The notes under the pieces: model-generated
What the model was told of the DNA's origin: nothing
The model's database searches: none
Seen by the model: the letters and a program-made list of their open reading frames with translations, nothing else
Shown here: piece by piece, positions 1-10,356 of the stretch
How positions within the stretch are numbered: the stretch's first letter is position 1
How the letters are laid out: each line of letters opens with the position of its first letter
Source: Halothiobacillaceae bacterium
GTDB taxonomy: Bacteria > Pseudomonadota > Gammaproteobacteria > Halothiobacillales > Halothiobacillaceae
Direction of reading: 5' to 3'
DNA: 64,000 nucleotides
Assembly: GCA_041676845.1 (NCBI GenBank)
Contig: JBAYRD010000001.1
Span: 31,174 to 95,173 of the forward strand
Position numbers and translations under genes: made by a program

Positions 1-160
1 TATGGGTCAAGGACGGGGGTCGTGCTCAATGTCAATCGAGTGCGGACAATCGAGCGCGCTGGCAGTGAAGTGCAGGTGGAGACAAAGCAGCTGGGCCAGG
101 GGAGATGGCAGCGGCGATAACGGCGGCGGTCGGGCTTCGCCAATGCGAGGGAGTCAGGCA

Positions 161-187
161 CAAAAAATCCCGCACCAGGCGGGATTG
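161..187 (-). terminator. Intrinsic terminator after cspA
   Basis: AATCCCGC/GCGGGATT stem followed by a T6 tract on the minus strand, 25 nt after the cspA stop. Confidence 0.8.
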
Positions 188-212
188 TAGTCAGTCGGAC
201 TCGCCGAGTGAC

Positions 213-416
213 TTATTCGGTCGTTACGTTTACGGCAGCCGGACCTTTCTGGCCTTGCTCGACTTCGTAGGAAACGGTCTGACCTTCGCTCAGCGACTTG
301 AAACCGCTGCCTTGGATGGCGCTGTGGTGGACGAAGACGTCCTTGGAGCCATCGGACGGGGCGATGAAGCCAAAGCCTTTTTCGTCACTGAACCACTTAA
401 CTGTGCCTGTAGCCAT
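213..416 (-). CDS. cspA: Cold-shock protein, 67 aa
   Basis: [12 protein letters not shown]1 KGFGFI and RNP2 VFVHHS; start trimmed to ATG 416; paralog identity uncertain. Confidence 0.95.
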   Translation of the reverse strand: MATGTVKWFSDEKGFGFIAPSDGSKDVFVHHSAIQGSGFKSLSEGQTVSYEVEQGQKGPAAVNVTTE

Positions 417-1265
417 TTTTAATACCTTCTGATGCAATTGCATATGTTGGGGTTGAAACAAACGAGGGGGTACTGAAGGACTGCAAAAGCGTCAGAGAAC
501 CGCATGTGTATGCGGGTAGAACAAACTGGAAAGCCAAATCTTCGTTCCTAGCGATGGTTCTGTCCTGCTGCAATTGAGGAGTCCTTTACCGAATCCTCAG
601 GACGCATTATCCATGTTAGGCGCATGGAGTGTTAGTTTTTTTTGCATTTGTCCATCAGTTTTCCGGGGAAACGTTCGTAGAGTGGCGATTTTTCCCAGAT
701 ACTTTTGGTCGTAACGGCGCCATGGCGCCGTTAAGAAGGGGTGTCTGCCAAAAATCCTAGCTCTCGGGAGTTTCCCAACAAATGAGAACCCGATCCGGCC
801 CGGAGCGCAGGAGGTGCCGTTTTTCTCGGCATGGGAGCCGTTTTTCAGCTGGCATACGAGACAAGTGACCTGAGTGTTGTTCGCTTATATGGCCCTGCTG
901 CTGATGGACGCAGATTGCGGATGGCCGTGGTGATGATGCCGAGCTCTGGCTCCACGATCAGGTATTCCCAAGGTGATGTGCATCTCGCTTAGCTCGTGTC
1001 GCCAAGCCAGACAGGGCGCATCGCCATCCGTCCTGCTGCATTCCGCGCAATAGTTGGTCGCGCCGGCAGTGGTAGATGTCGGAATGGTTGCCAGATTGAT
1101 TGATGGAGATGCGGCGATTGGTCTATTAGGTCAGGGTTGAGTGGCAGACATGTATTGGTGGCGAGGATCCCATCCTGACCTGACGGGTTGATCTGAGGGC
1201 CCATCGCCACCTTTCGCCACCTTGTTTGCTTGACTCGTCAGGTCGACATTATGGAGAGGACTGAT

Positions 1266-1613
1266 ATGAGTAATGACATGACTCAGGCGATGCAGGATTT
1301 TGAGGCCGGCATGGGCATGATGAAGGCTGAAGCTGGCGATACCATGCAAGCCTTCAACGGTTTCATGGAGGCCGTGCTCAAGGACGGTGTGCTGGATACC
1401 AAGACCAAGGAATTGATCGCATTGGGGATGTCGATCACGGCACGTTGCAAATATTGCATCGGCATACACGTCAAGAAGGTACTCCATGCGGGCGGGACGC
1501 ACGCGGAGATCATCGAGGTCTGCAAGGTGGCGATGTTGATGGGCGGCGGACCGGCCATGACCTACATCGCCGAAGTGCACAATGCGCTGGAGACGCTCGA
1601 AAAGCCGGGCTGA
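1266..1613 (+). CDS. Carboxymuconolactone decarboxylase/AhpD-like protein
   Basis: KELIALG and CKYCIGIH (CxxCxxxH) motifs; GGAGAGG RBS before ATG 1266. Confidence 0.85.
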   Translation: MSNDMTQAMQDFEAGMGMMKAEAGDTMQAFNGFMEAVLKDGVLDTKTKELIALGMSITARCKYCIGIHVKKVLHAGGTHAEIIEVCKVAMLMGGGPAMTYIAEVHNALETLEKPG

Positions 1614-1680
1614 TCGGCCAGGGTGATCGGGTCGCGGCTATCGGGGTGGAGCAATCCGGCCTCGAGAGGTCTGGGTGGTT

Positions 1681-2160
1681 CTAGCTGTAGCTGATCTCGA
1701 CGATCTCCCAGAGCAGGTGGCCACGTTCATCGCCAGCAGGCAGGCGTACGACATCGCCAAGCCGGCGACCGATGAGCTTGCGGGCCACTGGCGAGTCGAT
1801 ACTGATCCAGCCTTTTTTGGGGTCGATCTCGTCCGGCCCGACCAGACGCAGGGTGCGCTCGCTCCCGTCGGCTTCGCATTCCATTTCCACGAATGCCGCA
1901 AAGTAGACGGTGTCGGTGTCGTCCGGTGTGCGGGAGACCACCTTGAGATCGGGCAGGCGTTTCTGCAGGTAGCGGATGCGGCGGTCGATCTCGCGCAGGC
2001 GCTTCTTGCCGTAGATATACTCGGCATTCTCCGAGCGGTCACCAAGGGCTGCGGCCTCTGAAACCGCCTGGACTACCTGCCGGCGCTCAACGCGCCATAG
2101 CTGGTCGAGTTCTTTTTCCAGTGCCTTGAATCCGGACTGGGTGATGATTCGCGTACTCAT
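1681..2160 (-). CDS. greB: Transcription elongation factor GreB
   Basis: GDRSENAEYIYGKKRLREIDRRIRYL and WISIDSPVAR motifs. Confidence 0.95.
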   Translation of the reverse strand: MSTRIITQSGFKALEKELDQLWRVERRQVVQAVSEAAALGDRSENAEYIYGKKRLREIDRRIRYLQKRLPDLKVVSRTPDDTDTVYFAAFVEMECEADGSERTLRLVGPDEIDPKKGWISIDSPVARKLIGRRLGDVVRLPAGDERGHLLWEIVEISYS

Positions 2161-3251
2161 TGTTTGGCGGCAGCTAACGTTTTCTGCCCGGCAGCCAAGG
2201 TTTTCTGGATGGCGCTGACGGCGTGGGCGAGATCGCGCAGGCGGGATTCCTTGAGCTCACCACCAGCCGCGCCCGGGTGTCCGCCACCACCAAAGTATCG
2301 TGCCGAAATCTCGCCGGCATTCACGCCCGGATTGGCCCGCAGCGAGAGACGACCGTTGCCGCGCACGCCCAGCGCCATGTCGATCTGGCCACGTGTTTCC
2401 ATCATGTCCATGATCACGCCGCGCCAGACATCATGCGGCCAGTTGAAAAACACGCCGGTGCGGATGCCTTCGATTTCAAGCACTGGTACGACACTTTCAT
2501 CCAGAACTGAGGCCGACAGGATATGAAATTTGTCATTGAGCGGCAGGTTCTCTTCGTTGAAGGCACGCTTTTCTATCCGCCCTGTGAGGAATGCCTTGCG
2601 TACGTCAAACAATTTGCGCTCGAAGGTCTCCAGCGATTCGCCCGACTCGTGTGAGCGGAAGAAGCTTTCCATCACATGAAAGCGGTAGGCACGCTTGAGA
2701 TCCTTCAGCGGCGGGGCGAGGTGGTCGTCCTGCATCACCAGACCGATTAGGTAGATGGCGCGGCGGAAGTCGTCGTGGTCGCGCAGCCAGCGGTCACCGA
2801 CATCGATGAACTCGGCCCGTTGGCGCATCAGTTCGCGCTGGCCGTCATCCAGCTGGTCCGCGATCGCCTCAAATACCAGCAGGCTGGCGCAGCGGTCGGT
2901 ATCCAGGTGGTACCACGGGTAAACCTCGGCGCAGTCGGCGCCGGTGGCGTGATGATCCAGCAATTGGAGCTCCACCGGCACCTTCAGCCTGCGGATGCGC
3001 TTATCCAACACCTTGGCCTGTTCAAGCGTCAGATTGAGATCGGTGATCAGTATCCCGGCCGGTTCACCGGCCTTGGCGATACGACTGATGATGTCGTCGA
3101 GCGCATTATTGATATCGCGATAGTCGGCGTTGAAGAAATGGCAGCGCTGGTCGGTCTGGTCGAGCAGATACTGCGCGCCGTACCCGTCCAGGTCGGTGTG
3201 CGACAAGTGATAGAGCCAGCCTTCGGGGCGGATGATCTTTGGTGTACTCAT
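2157..3251 (-). CDS. DHH/DHHA1 phosphoesterase, NrnB-like nanoRNase
   Basis: SHTDLDG, ITDL, LLDHH and C-terminal GGGGHPGAAGG motifs. Confidence 0.85.
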   Translation of the reverse strand: MSTPKIIRPEGWLYHLSHTDLDGYGAQYLLDQTDQRCHFFNADYRDINNALDDIISRIAKAGEPAGILITDLNLTLEQAKVLDKRIRRLKVPVELQLLDHHATGADCAEVYPWYHLDTDRCASLLVFEAIADQLDDGQRELMRQRAEFIDVGDRWLRDHDDFRRAIYLIGLVMQDDHLAPPLKDLKRAYRFHVMESFFRSHESGESLETFERKLFDVRKAFLTGRIEKRAFNEENLPLNDKFHILSASVLDESVVPVLEIEGIRTGVFFNWPHDVWRGVIMDMMETRGQIDMALGVRGNGRLSLRANPGVNAGEISARYFGGGGHPGAAGGELKESRLRDLAHAVSAIQKTLAAGQKTLAAAKQ

Positions 3252-3357
3252 GGATGCTCGCTGACGGCGGCCGCAGAAGATTGCGCCCGCAAATGATAAA
3301 GATGAAGTCGAAATGTTGCTGGCCGGGGGAAATCAATCGCTCCCCGGCCGGGAATGG

Positions 3358-4746
3358 TCACTGGCGCCGCCAGGTAGTGCCCTGCGGGCCATCCTCGAGG
3401 ATGACTCCGTTGTCCTGCAGCAGATCACGGATACGATCGGATTCCGCGAAATTGTGGGCCGCACGGGCTTCGGCCCGCTGGGCCATCAGCTGGTTGATCT
3501 CGGCGTCGTCGAGGCTGTCCTCGAGATCGCCCGCGGCACTCCAGTGCAAGAATGCATCCGGATCCAGTTGGCCCAGGTTGAGGATCGCGCCTATGGCGTT
3601 GACGGTCGCCGCGTGTGGGGCGGCGGCCTCCTTGTCCTCCTCGCCGACCTTGTGGATCAGACTGAGCTGCTCATGGATCACCACCATGGCCTTGGGCGTG
3701 TTGAAGTCATCGTCCATTGCCTCATAGAAGGCGTCCATGACCTCGGGAATCGGGTCGGCATTGGCCGGCACCATCTTCAGCGCACGGTACCAGCGCGACA
3801 GAATCGCCTGGGCATCGTCGAGATGCTGGTCCGAGTAGTTCAGCGGACTGCGGTAGTGGCTCGAGAGGATAAACAGCCGAACCACCTCCGGGTGGTAGCG
3901 TTGGGTGACTTCCTCGATGGTGAAGAAGTTGCCCAGGGACTTGGACATCTTTTCGTCGTCGACTCGGACAAAGCCGTTGTGCATCCAGTAGTTGACGAAG
4001 TGGCAGCCGGTGGCGCATTCGCTCTGAGCTATCTCGTTCTCGTGGTGAGGAAATATCAGGTCCTGGCCACCGCCGTGGATATCGAAGGTGGTGCCGAGTG
4101 CCTCGGTCGACATGGCCGAGCACTCGATGTGCCAGCCCGGCCGCCCCGGACCGAAGGGGGCGTCCCACTGCGGCTCACCAGGCTTGGCGTGCTTCCACAA
4201 GACAAAGTCGAGCGGGTCGTCCTTGGCTTCATCGATAGCGACGCGAGCACCGGCACGCAGCTCGTCGAGATCGCGGCCCGAGAGCGAGCCGTAATTGTCA
4301 AAGGACGAGACGTCGAAATAGACGTCGCCGTTGTCGGCGCGGTAGGCACAGCCACGTTCAAGCAGTGTCTCGATCATCGCAATCATCGCATCGACCGATT
4401 CGGTCGCGCGCGGCTGCGAGGTCGGTGGCAGGCAACCGAGGGCCTCGGCGTCACGATACATCAGTTCGGTGAAACGATTGGTTAGCGACGTGATGCTCTC
4501 GGCATTCTCGGCGGCACGCTCGATGATCTTGTCGTCGATGTCCGTGATGTTGCGCACGTAGTTGACCTCAAAGCCGCGTTCCTTGAGATAGCGCACCACC
4601 ATGTCGAAGACCACCAGCACCCGGGCATGGCCGATGTGGCTGCGGTCGTAGACGGTCATACCGCAGACGTAGATCCCGACGTGGCCGGGACGGATCGGAG
4701 TGAACTCGCGCTTGGCGCGGGTGGCGGTGTCATAGATGGTGAGCAT
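3358..4746 (-). CDS. cysS: Cysteinyl-tRNA synthetase
   Basis: [22 protein letters not shown] and KMSKS motifs; start trimmed to MLTIYD. Confidence 0.98.
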   Translation of the reverse strand: MLTIYDTATRAKREFTPIRPGHVGIYVCGMTVYDRSHIGHARVLVVFDMVVRYLKERGFEVNYVRNITDIDDKIIERAAENAESITSLTNRFTELMYRDAEALGCLPPTSQPRATESVDAMIAMIETLLERGCAYRADNGDVYFDVSSFDNYGSLSGRDLDELRAGARVAIDEAKDDPLDFVLWKHAKPGEPQWDAPFGPGRPGWHIECSAMSTEALGTTFDIHGGGQDLIFPHHENEIAQSECATGCHFVNYWMHNGFVRVDDEKMSKSLGNFFTIEEVTQRYHPEVVRLFILSSHYRSPLNYSDQHLDDAQAILSRWYRALKMVPANADPIPEVMDAFYEAMDDDFNTPKAMVVIHEQLSLIHKVGEEDKEAAAPHAATVNAIGAILNLGQLDPDAFLHWSAAGDLEDSLDDAEINQLMAQRAEARAAHNFAESDRIRDLLQDNGVILEDGPQGTTWRRQ

Positions 4747-4871
4747 GTTGGCTACGATTCCGGGTCGAAGGTCGTTAGACTGTTCCGCAGTCAAAATGGC
4801 GTGATTGCCAGTGGCAGCACGCCTGGAAGCAAACCCCTAGTTTAACGATCCTGACAGACGAGTTAAAACGC

Positions 4872-5384
4872 ATGAGTGATATCCAGAGCAAAATCCGCTT
4901 TTCCACCCGCCTGGGCGACATTGAGATCGGCCTCTACGACGACAAGGCGCCCAAGACGGTAGAGAACCTGCTCGCCTATGTCGACTCGGGCCACTTCGTT
5001 GGCACTTCCTTTCATCGAGTCATTCCGGGCTTTGTGGTCCAGGGTGGCGGCTTGACGCCGGATATGCAGCAGAAGCCAACCCGTGCTCCAATCGAGAACG
5101 AAGCCAATAACGGCCTCAAGAACAAGCGCGGTACGCTGTCGATGGCTCGGACTCCCGACCCGCATTCGGCCACCAGTCAGTTCTTCATCAACCTCGCCGA
5201 CAATGCCTTCCTCGATTTCTCTGCCGAGACGTCACAGGGCTGGGGCTATGCTGTGTTCGGTGAGGTCATCAACGGCATGGATGTGGTCAACCAGATGGCG
5301 ACGCTACCGACCGGGTCCCGTTATGGCCACCAGGACGTGCCGGTCGATGACGTGCTGATCGACAAGGCCGAACGGATCGACTGA
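4872..5384 (+). CDS. ppiB: Cyclophilin peptidyl-prolyl isomerase
   Basis: FHRVIPGFVVQGGG and SATSQFFIN motifs; conserved cysS/ppiB/lpxH arrangement. Confidence 0.95.
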   Translation: MSDIQSKIRFSTRLGDIEIGLYDDKAPKTVENLLAYVDSGHFVGTSFHRVIPGFVVQGGGLTPDMQQKPTRAPIENEANNGLKNKRGTLSMARTPDPHSATSQFFINLADNAFLDFSAETSQGWGYAVFGEVINGMDVVNQMATLPTGSRYGHQDVPVDDVLIDKAERID

Positions 5385-5410
5385 TCGACTTAACGGAGAT
5401 GACACCGGCC

Positions 5411-6175
5411 ATGGCCGAAACCCTGATCATCGCTGATCTGCACCTCGCGCGCCCCGAGCCTCGCATGCTGGCGCTGCTCGATACCTTCCTTGAGCGGGCG
5501 GAGGGGGCCGAGGCAGTCTACCTGCTCGGTGATCTGTTCGATTACTGGATCGGTGATGATCAGCCGATCGATCCATTGATTGCCGAGCGGTTGGAACGGT
5601 TGCGCGCCCTGTCGGTGCCGCTGTATTTCCTGCCTGGCAACCGGGATTTCCTCGTCGGTGAGCAGCTGCTCGCCCGCTTGGGCGCCACGCGGTTGCCCGA
5701 CCAATACATCCTTAAACAGGGTGGGCGGCGTTGGCTACTGACGCACGGTGACGAGTTGTGCACCGACGATGCCGCCTATCAGGCGATGCGGGCGCAATTA
5801 CGCGACCCTGTGTTCGTGCGGGATTTTCTCGCCCGTGCGCTGCCTGAACGCGTTGCAATCGCCGAGGACCTTCGTCGGAAGAGCCGCACAGCCTCTTCAA
5901 GCAAGCCTGAGGACATCATGGACATCAACGCCGCAGTGGTGGAAGAGATCCTCGATCGTACCGGCACTGACGGACTGATCCACGGTCATACCCACCGTCC
6001 GGCCATCCACCACCGGCTACCCGGTGGGCGTCCGCGCGTGGTCACCGGTGACTGGGGCGAGGCCGGCTGGCTGGTATCGCTCCAGGATGAGGTGCTCACT
6101 TTGGAGCGATTCACGCCTGAAAAGGACAGCCAGATCGTGGCGACTTGGTCGCCGGGTCGGGAGGCACGGGCATGA
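5411..6175 (+). CDS. lpxH: UDP-2,3-diacylglucosamine hydrolase
   Basis: ADLHL, GDLFDYWIGDD, GNRDF and HGHTHRP motifs; alternative start 5399. Confidence 0.95.
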   Translation: MAETLIIADLHLARPEPRMLALLDTFLERAEGAEAVYLLGDLFDYWIGDDQPIDPLIAERLERLRALSVPLYFLPGNRDFLVGEQLLARLGATRLPDQYILKQGGRRWLLTHGDELCTDDAAYQAMRAQLRDPVFVRDFLARALPERVAIAEDLRRKSRTASSSKPEDIMDINAAVVEEILDRTGTDGLIHGHTHRPAIHHRLPGGRPRVVTGDWGEAGWLVSLQDEVLTLERFTPEKDSQIVATWSPGREARA

Positions 6176-6750
6176 CTGTGCCGATGTTTCTCACCTGGCT
6201 ACGTGTCGCGGCGGTCCCACTGCTGGTGATCGTGTTCCTGTTTCTCCCGGCGGAGATTGCCCGTCCGGCGGCGGCCTGGCTCTTTGGTCTGGCTGCCCTG
6301 ACTGATTTTCTCGATGGTTATCTCGCCCGGCGCTGGAATCAGCAATCGGCATTCGGCGCCTTTCTCGACCCGGTCGCTGACAAGCTGATCGTGGCCGTCG
6401 CGCTGGTGCTGCTGGTCTACAGCGATGGCGATTTGCCGGTCGTCATTGCCACCACGGTGATCATCGGCCGGGAGGTGTTCGTCTCGGCCCTGCGTGAATG
6501 GATGGCCGGGCGCGGTATCAGCGCTGCGGTGAAGGTTTCGCAACTGGGCAAGGTCAAGACCGTGACACAGATGGTGGCGATCCTGTTCCTGCTCTATCAC
6601 TTCCCGTTATTCGGGCTGATCGATGTCCACACGCTTGGCTATTGGCTGCTGATGCTGGCGGCGCTGCTTACTTTTATCTCTGGTGCTCAGTATGGTCGGG
6701 CTGCGGTAGTGGCGGTGCGTGAGATCGAATCCGACCCACCGGCCCGCTGA
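6172..6750 (+). CDS. pgsA: CDP-diacylglycerol--glycerol-3-phosphate 3-phosphatidyltransferase
   Basis: TDFLDGYLARR...GAFLDPVADK motif; ATGA overlap with the lpxH stop. Confidence 0.93.
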   Translation: MTVPMFLTWLRVAAVPLLVIVFLFLPAEIARPAAAWLFGLAALTDFLDGYLARRWNQQSAFGAFLDPVADKLIVAVALVLLVYSDGDLPVVIATTVIIGREVFVSALREWMAGRGISAAVKVSQLGKVKTVTQMVAILFLLYHFPLFGLIDVHTLGYWLLMLAALLTFISGAQYGRAAVVAVREIESDPPAR

Positions 6751-6755
6751 GCCTT

Positions 6756-7511
6756 GTGATGCGGACTGCGCTGCGCGCCACTGTCCGTCTGCTCCGGCTG
6801 TTGGGGTATCTCGCCACCGGTCTGTGGCGCGCCGGCCGGCTGGGGCGCATGCAAGAAGGGGCGCGGCTGGAGTTCGTCCGGTCCTGGCAGGCCGGCGTGC
6901 CCACTGTGCTCGGGGTGGCCGTTCACATCTGTGGTGAGGAGCAGCTCGACGCCCTGACTGCGAACGGCGGCAGCCTGTGGTTGCCCAATCACATCAGCTG
7001 GCTCGATATCCCGCTGCTGGGCGGTATTTGTCCCGGGACGATCTTTCTGGCGAAAAGCGAGATCCGGCGTTGGCCGGTGATCGGGCGATTGGCCATGCAT
7101 GCCGGCACTGCGTTCATCGAACGCGGCCAGGGCAGCGAGGCGGCCGCCGTGGCCGTGGCTGGCGGGCTGGCACAAGGTCGTCAGGTGGTGGTCTTCCCTG
7201 AGGGCACGACCAGCGATGGCCGTCAGGTCCGGCATTTCCATGCCCGAATGCTGGGGCCGGCGATCGAGGCGGGGCGTCCGATCGTACCGGTGGCCCTGCG
7301 TTACCGCGATGCGCGAGGCCAGCTGAGCACCGCGCCCGCTTTCGTCGGCCAAGAACTGCCCTGGGCTTCGTTCTGGCGTGTGCTTGCCGCCGATGGGCTT
7401 GAAGCATGGATCGATATTCTCGAGCCGATCGAGCCACAGACAGGCGAGACCCGCAGCGAGATCGCCCGGCGTGCCCAACAGGCAGTCGCGGCGATAGTCA
7501 GTGCCGACTGA
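6756..7511 (+). CDS. Lysophospholipid acyltransferase (PlsC/OlsA-like)
   Basis: NHISWLD (HX4D), FIER and FPEGT motifs. Confidence 0.88.
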   Translation: MMRTALRATVRLLRLLGYLATGLWRAGRLGRMQEGARLEFVRSWQAGVPTVLGVAVHICGEEQLDALTANGGSLWLPNHISWLDIPLLGGICPGTIFLAKSEIRRWPVIGRLAMHAGTAFIERGQGSEAAAVAVAGGLAQGRQVVVFPEGTTSDGRQVRHFHARMLGPAIEAGRPIVPVALRYRDARGQLSTAPAFVGQELPWASFWRVLAADGLEAWIDILEPIEPQTGETRSEIARRAQQAVAAIVSAD

Positions 7512-7537
7512 TTGACAGCCCACTGGCTTGTTTCCCG

Positions 7538-8239
7538 CTAATTCCCCATCAGACCACGCATCATCTGCCGCAGATCGACCGGTTTGCCCGGCAAGGCGAA
7601 CCGGTGGGCCGGTTGCTCGTTTGCATTGATGGCCTCCAGTCGGAAGTCATCACCAAAACGCAATACGGCAAGGCCGCGTCGTTCCAGTTCTTGTTCGGCC
7701 AGCCCTTGATGCGATACACCGGTGTCGCGCGCAATCGCGCGGGCCATGCCACCGATCAGCGCGGCCTGCATCTCGCGCACTAGCGGATCATCGGTGAACA
7801 CGGCCTCGTCCATATGGGCCCGACCTTCGCTATCCTGCCAGCTGACTCGATAGACCTCGCCCTGGATGCCCGCGACCGTCAGCATGCGCCCGGTGGGCTC
7901 CATGGCAGTCAGCTGAGCGGGAACCACCGTGTCAGGCCCGATGCGAGCCAATCCACTCTCCTGTCCGAGCAGATCCGCTAGTGATTCCAGGTCCATGCTT
8001 ACCGGATAGCCGGCCACCTCGGCCACGCCCCAAGCCTTGCCATTGATTGCCAGCACATGAGCCGGCTGGCCCGGCACATCGAGGCGGCCCGGCCCATTTT
8101 TCTGCCAGCTGAAGGTCAGGCTCGGCACGTTCGGGTCACCGGTGGAGAAACGGGCGCTGCCGTCGGCAAAACAGATAGTGGCGGGCAGCAGCGTGGCCAT
8201 GATGATTGTGGTCAGCACGGTGGATTGGTTGATGCGCAT
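7538..8239 (-). CDS. Secreted hypothetical protein, possibly DUF4412-like
   Basis: Signal-peptide-like N-terminus MRINQSTVLTTIIMATLLPATICFA; AAGGA RBS; TGRMLTVAGIQGEVYRV resembles DUF4412 strands (weak). Confidence 0.65.
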   Translation of the reverse strand: MRINQSTVLTTIIMATLLPATICFADGSARFSTGDPNVPSLTFSWQKNGPGRLDVPGQPAHVLAINGKAWGVAEVAGYPVSMDLESLADLLGQESGLARIGPDTVVPAQLTAMEPTGRMLTVAGIQGEVYRVSWQDSEGRAHMDEAVFTDDPLVREMQAALIGGMARAIARDTGVSHQGLAEQELERRGLAVLRFGDDFRLEAINANEQPAHRFALPGKPVDLRQMMRGLMGN

Positions 8240-8648
8240 AATGGTTCCTTGTGTGGTATCAGGGCATTCCATCAGACTCATCTGAACCGGCTGGGTTGCA
8301 TGGTGGGCGGTTTCAGGCGCAAATTGCACGGGACAGCAGGCAGCAGTTGACGGATTTTAAGCTGCGAGGTGGGTCGGACGGTTGATTCCGAGACCGGGGG
8401 CTATGGCTGTGGCTGATTATCAACCGGGTGAGTTCGTGACCGGTAATGGTCTATGTCGGTCAACGGCTCGTCCAGCAATAGTTCCGGTTCGGTAATCAGG
8501 CCCCTGCACGATCAGCGCCAGCTGGCGTTGCCCGCGGGATAGTGCTTCCGCAGGGGCGCTCAGCCAGTTCGATGCTGCTCGGGCGCTACGGCTCGACCGC
8601 GCGGACATCGGGCCTGCAGTGTTGTTGCCGTGCTCAAGGTCAGGGAGA

Positions 8649-9209
8649 TCAGTAACGGTACCGGAGCATCGTTCGTTCCAGCCGCAGCAGTTCGTGGTTG
8701 AGTCCCCGCAGCCGCTCGTAGAGGTGAGAGAGGTCCCGGCGGGCATCCCGGCGTTCCTCCGGTTTACTCTCCTTGTCAGCCACGATGCGCTCGCTGCGGT
8801 CGATGTCCCGCTCGACAGCTTTGAGGTCCTTTTCGACCTCGTGCACGGCCTGCCCGTCACGGTAGGCCACGAGAAAACGTGATTCGTACTCGGCGGGGCA
8901 GACATTTCGGTAGGAGTGGCCGCCCCGGCCTTCCTCGTAACCGTTGCGGGGGGTGCAATAGGTCGCCAGCCCGAGCTGCCGGCCACGATAGTATGCGGTG
9001 GCATCGGGCCGGATACCGTATTCGACGCAGGCCTTCTGGTGCTGATACAGCCGGGCACGCTCGAAGCCACGCTGACCGTCGATCCGGCCAAGTTCGTACC
9101 AGTCGGCGGTATAGCACTCCCCCTCCGACAGGGTGGTGCAACCGGTACCGGCGGCAAGCAAAATGCCGGCCAGTGCGATCGAGACGAGTCTGGTGACGGG
9201 GTGCCTCAT
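8649..9209 (-). CDS. DUF2799 family lipoprotein
   Basis: Lipobox GTGC, then EC...DWYELGRIDGQRG and Y..GR..GL..YC, typical of DUF2799. Confidence 0.85.
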   Translation of the reverse strand: MRHPVTRLVSIALAGILLAAGTGCTTLSEGECYTADWYELGRIDGQRGFERARLYQHQKACVEYGIRPDATAYYRGRQLGLATYCTPRNGYEEGRGGHSYRNVCPAEYESRFLVAYRDGQAVHEVEKDLKAVERDIDRSERIVADKESKPEERRDARRDLSHLYERLRGLNHELLRLERTMLRYRY

Positions 9210-9531
9210 GACAGGCCACTCCAGGCTCGGTTGTTACGTTTTTTCTCGATGAGCTGGCCGGACTGGCGGGAAACCGATAACCAGTCCATGGTCAGCAGCG
9301 GGGCGGCGAAGACGAGGTGGGGGAGCAGACGCATGATCGGTTTCTTCCCTGACGAGTACGATGCGGACACCGATTGCCGTAATCCATTAGACACAAACTG
9401 TGTCCGGCTCGACGGCGAAGTCAATCCGCTTGTTTGGCGAATTCCCCATGCGGAAAATGCTTGCCCAAAAATGACCCAGAAATAAGCCTGAATCGCTCCG
9501 GAAGCGGCGCCGGGGCGACCCTGGGAAGGGA

Positions 9532-10356
9532 TCAACTCCGTTTCAATCGGCCGACCATGCCGCTGGTGCTGGCGATGGCGAGGTAGATCACACAGGCGGT
9601 GGCAATGATCGCCGGCCCCGAGCCGATATCGAACCAGTAGCTGGCGTACAGGCCAGCAAGACAGAACAGCAGGCTGAACAGTGATGAGACGAGCATCATG
9701 CCGCCCAGCGTGCGGGTGTAGCGCTGGGCAAGATACGGTGGCAGGGTGAGCAGGGCGATTACCAGCAGCAGGCCGACCACCTGGATCATCATCACCACCG
9801 TCTCGGCGATCAGTAGCAGGAGCATTAGATATAGCCCGGTGACTGGAATACCACGGGTACGGGCGAAGACCGGATCGAAGGAAAATGACAGCAGGTCGCG
9901 GTAGTAGTAGAGGGCCAATCCCAGGATCAGCGCATCGATGCCGGCCATGAGCCATAGCTCGGGGGTGCCGACGGTGAGAATCGAGCCGAACAGATAGGTC
10001 ATCAGGCCGGCCTGGTAGCCGGGCGTGATGTCCACCAGGATCAGGCCAAAGGCCATGCCGGCGGCCCAGATGACACCGATCAGGGTATCGGTTTGCTCAC
10101 GCCGCTTGATGGTCAGCCCGCCGAGCAGCAATGCCGCCGCCCCGGTAAACACGGCGGTGACCGGCAGGACCGGCAGGCCGAGGAAGATCGCGGCACCGAC
10201 GCCACCGTAGGCGGTGTGGGCGATGCCCCCGGTCATGAATACCAATCGGTTGACCACCACCAGCGCACCGACAATACCGGCGGCGATACTGACCAGCAGG
10301 GCGGCGATCAGTGCGTGCTGCACAAACCCCTGGTTGAGCAGGTCGAGCAGGGTCAT
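9532..10356 (-). CDS. znuB: Zn ABC transporter permease
   Basis: Multi-TM ABC-3 permease with HTAYGG and YLFGSIL motifs. Confidence 0.88.
   Translation of the reverse strand: MTLLDLLNQGFVQHALIAALLVSIAAGIVGALVVVNRLVFMTGGIAHTAYGGVGAAIFLGLPVLPVTAVFTGAAALLLGGLTIKRREQTDTLIGVIWAAGMAFGLILVDITPGYQAGLMTYLFGSILTVGTPELWLMAGIDALILGLALYYYRDLLSFSFDPVFARTRGIPVTGLYLMLLLLIAETVVMMIQVVGLLLVIALLTLPPYLAQRYTRTLGGMMLVSSLFSLLFCLAGLYASYWFDIGSGPAIIATACVIYLAIASTSGMVGRLKRS

Noticed and set aside
3321-3349. GC hairpin after cysS as a terminator
   Set aside because: 8-bp stem with a 13-nt loop and no U tract; function unclear.
3313-4485. Long antisense ORFs opposite cysS, and similar ones opposite sufB, leuC and recB
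   Set aside because: Typical mirror frames of high-GC coding sequence.
9206-9955. 249-aa minus-strand ORF
   Set aside because: Overlaps znuB out of frame and has a shadow-ORF composition; its last 42 codons could be a small protein but nothing supports that.
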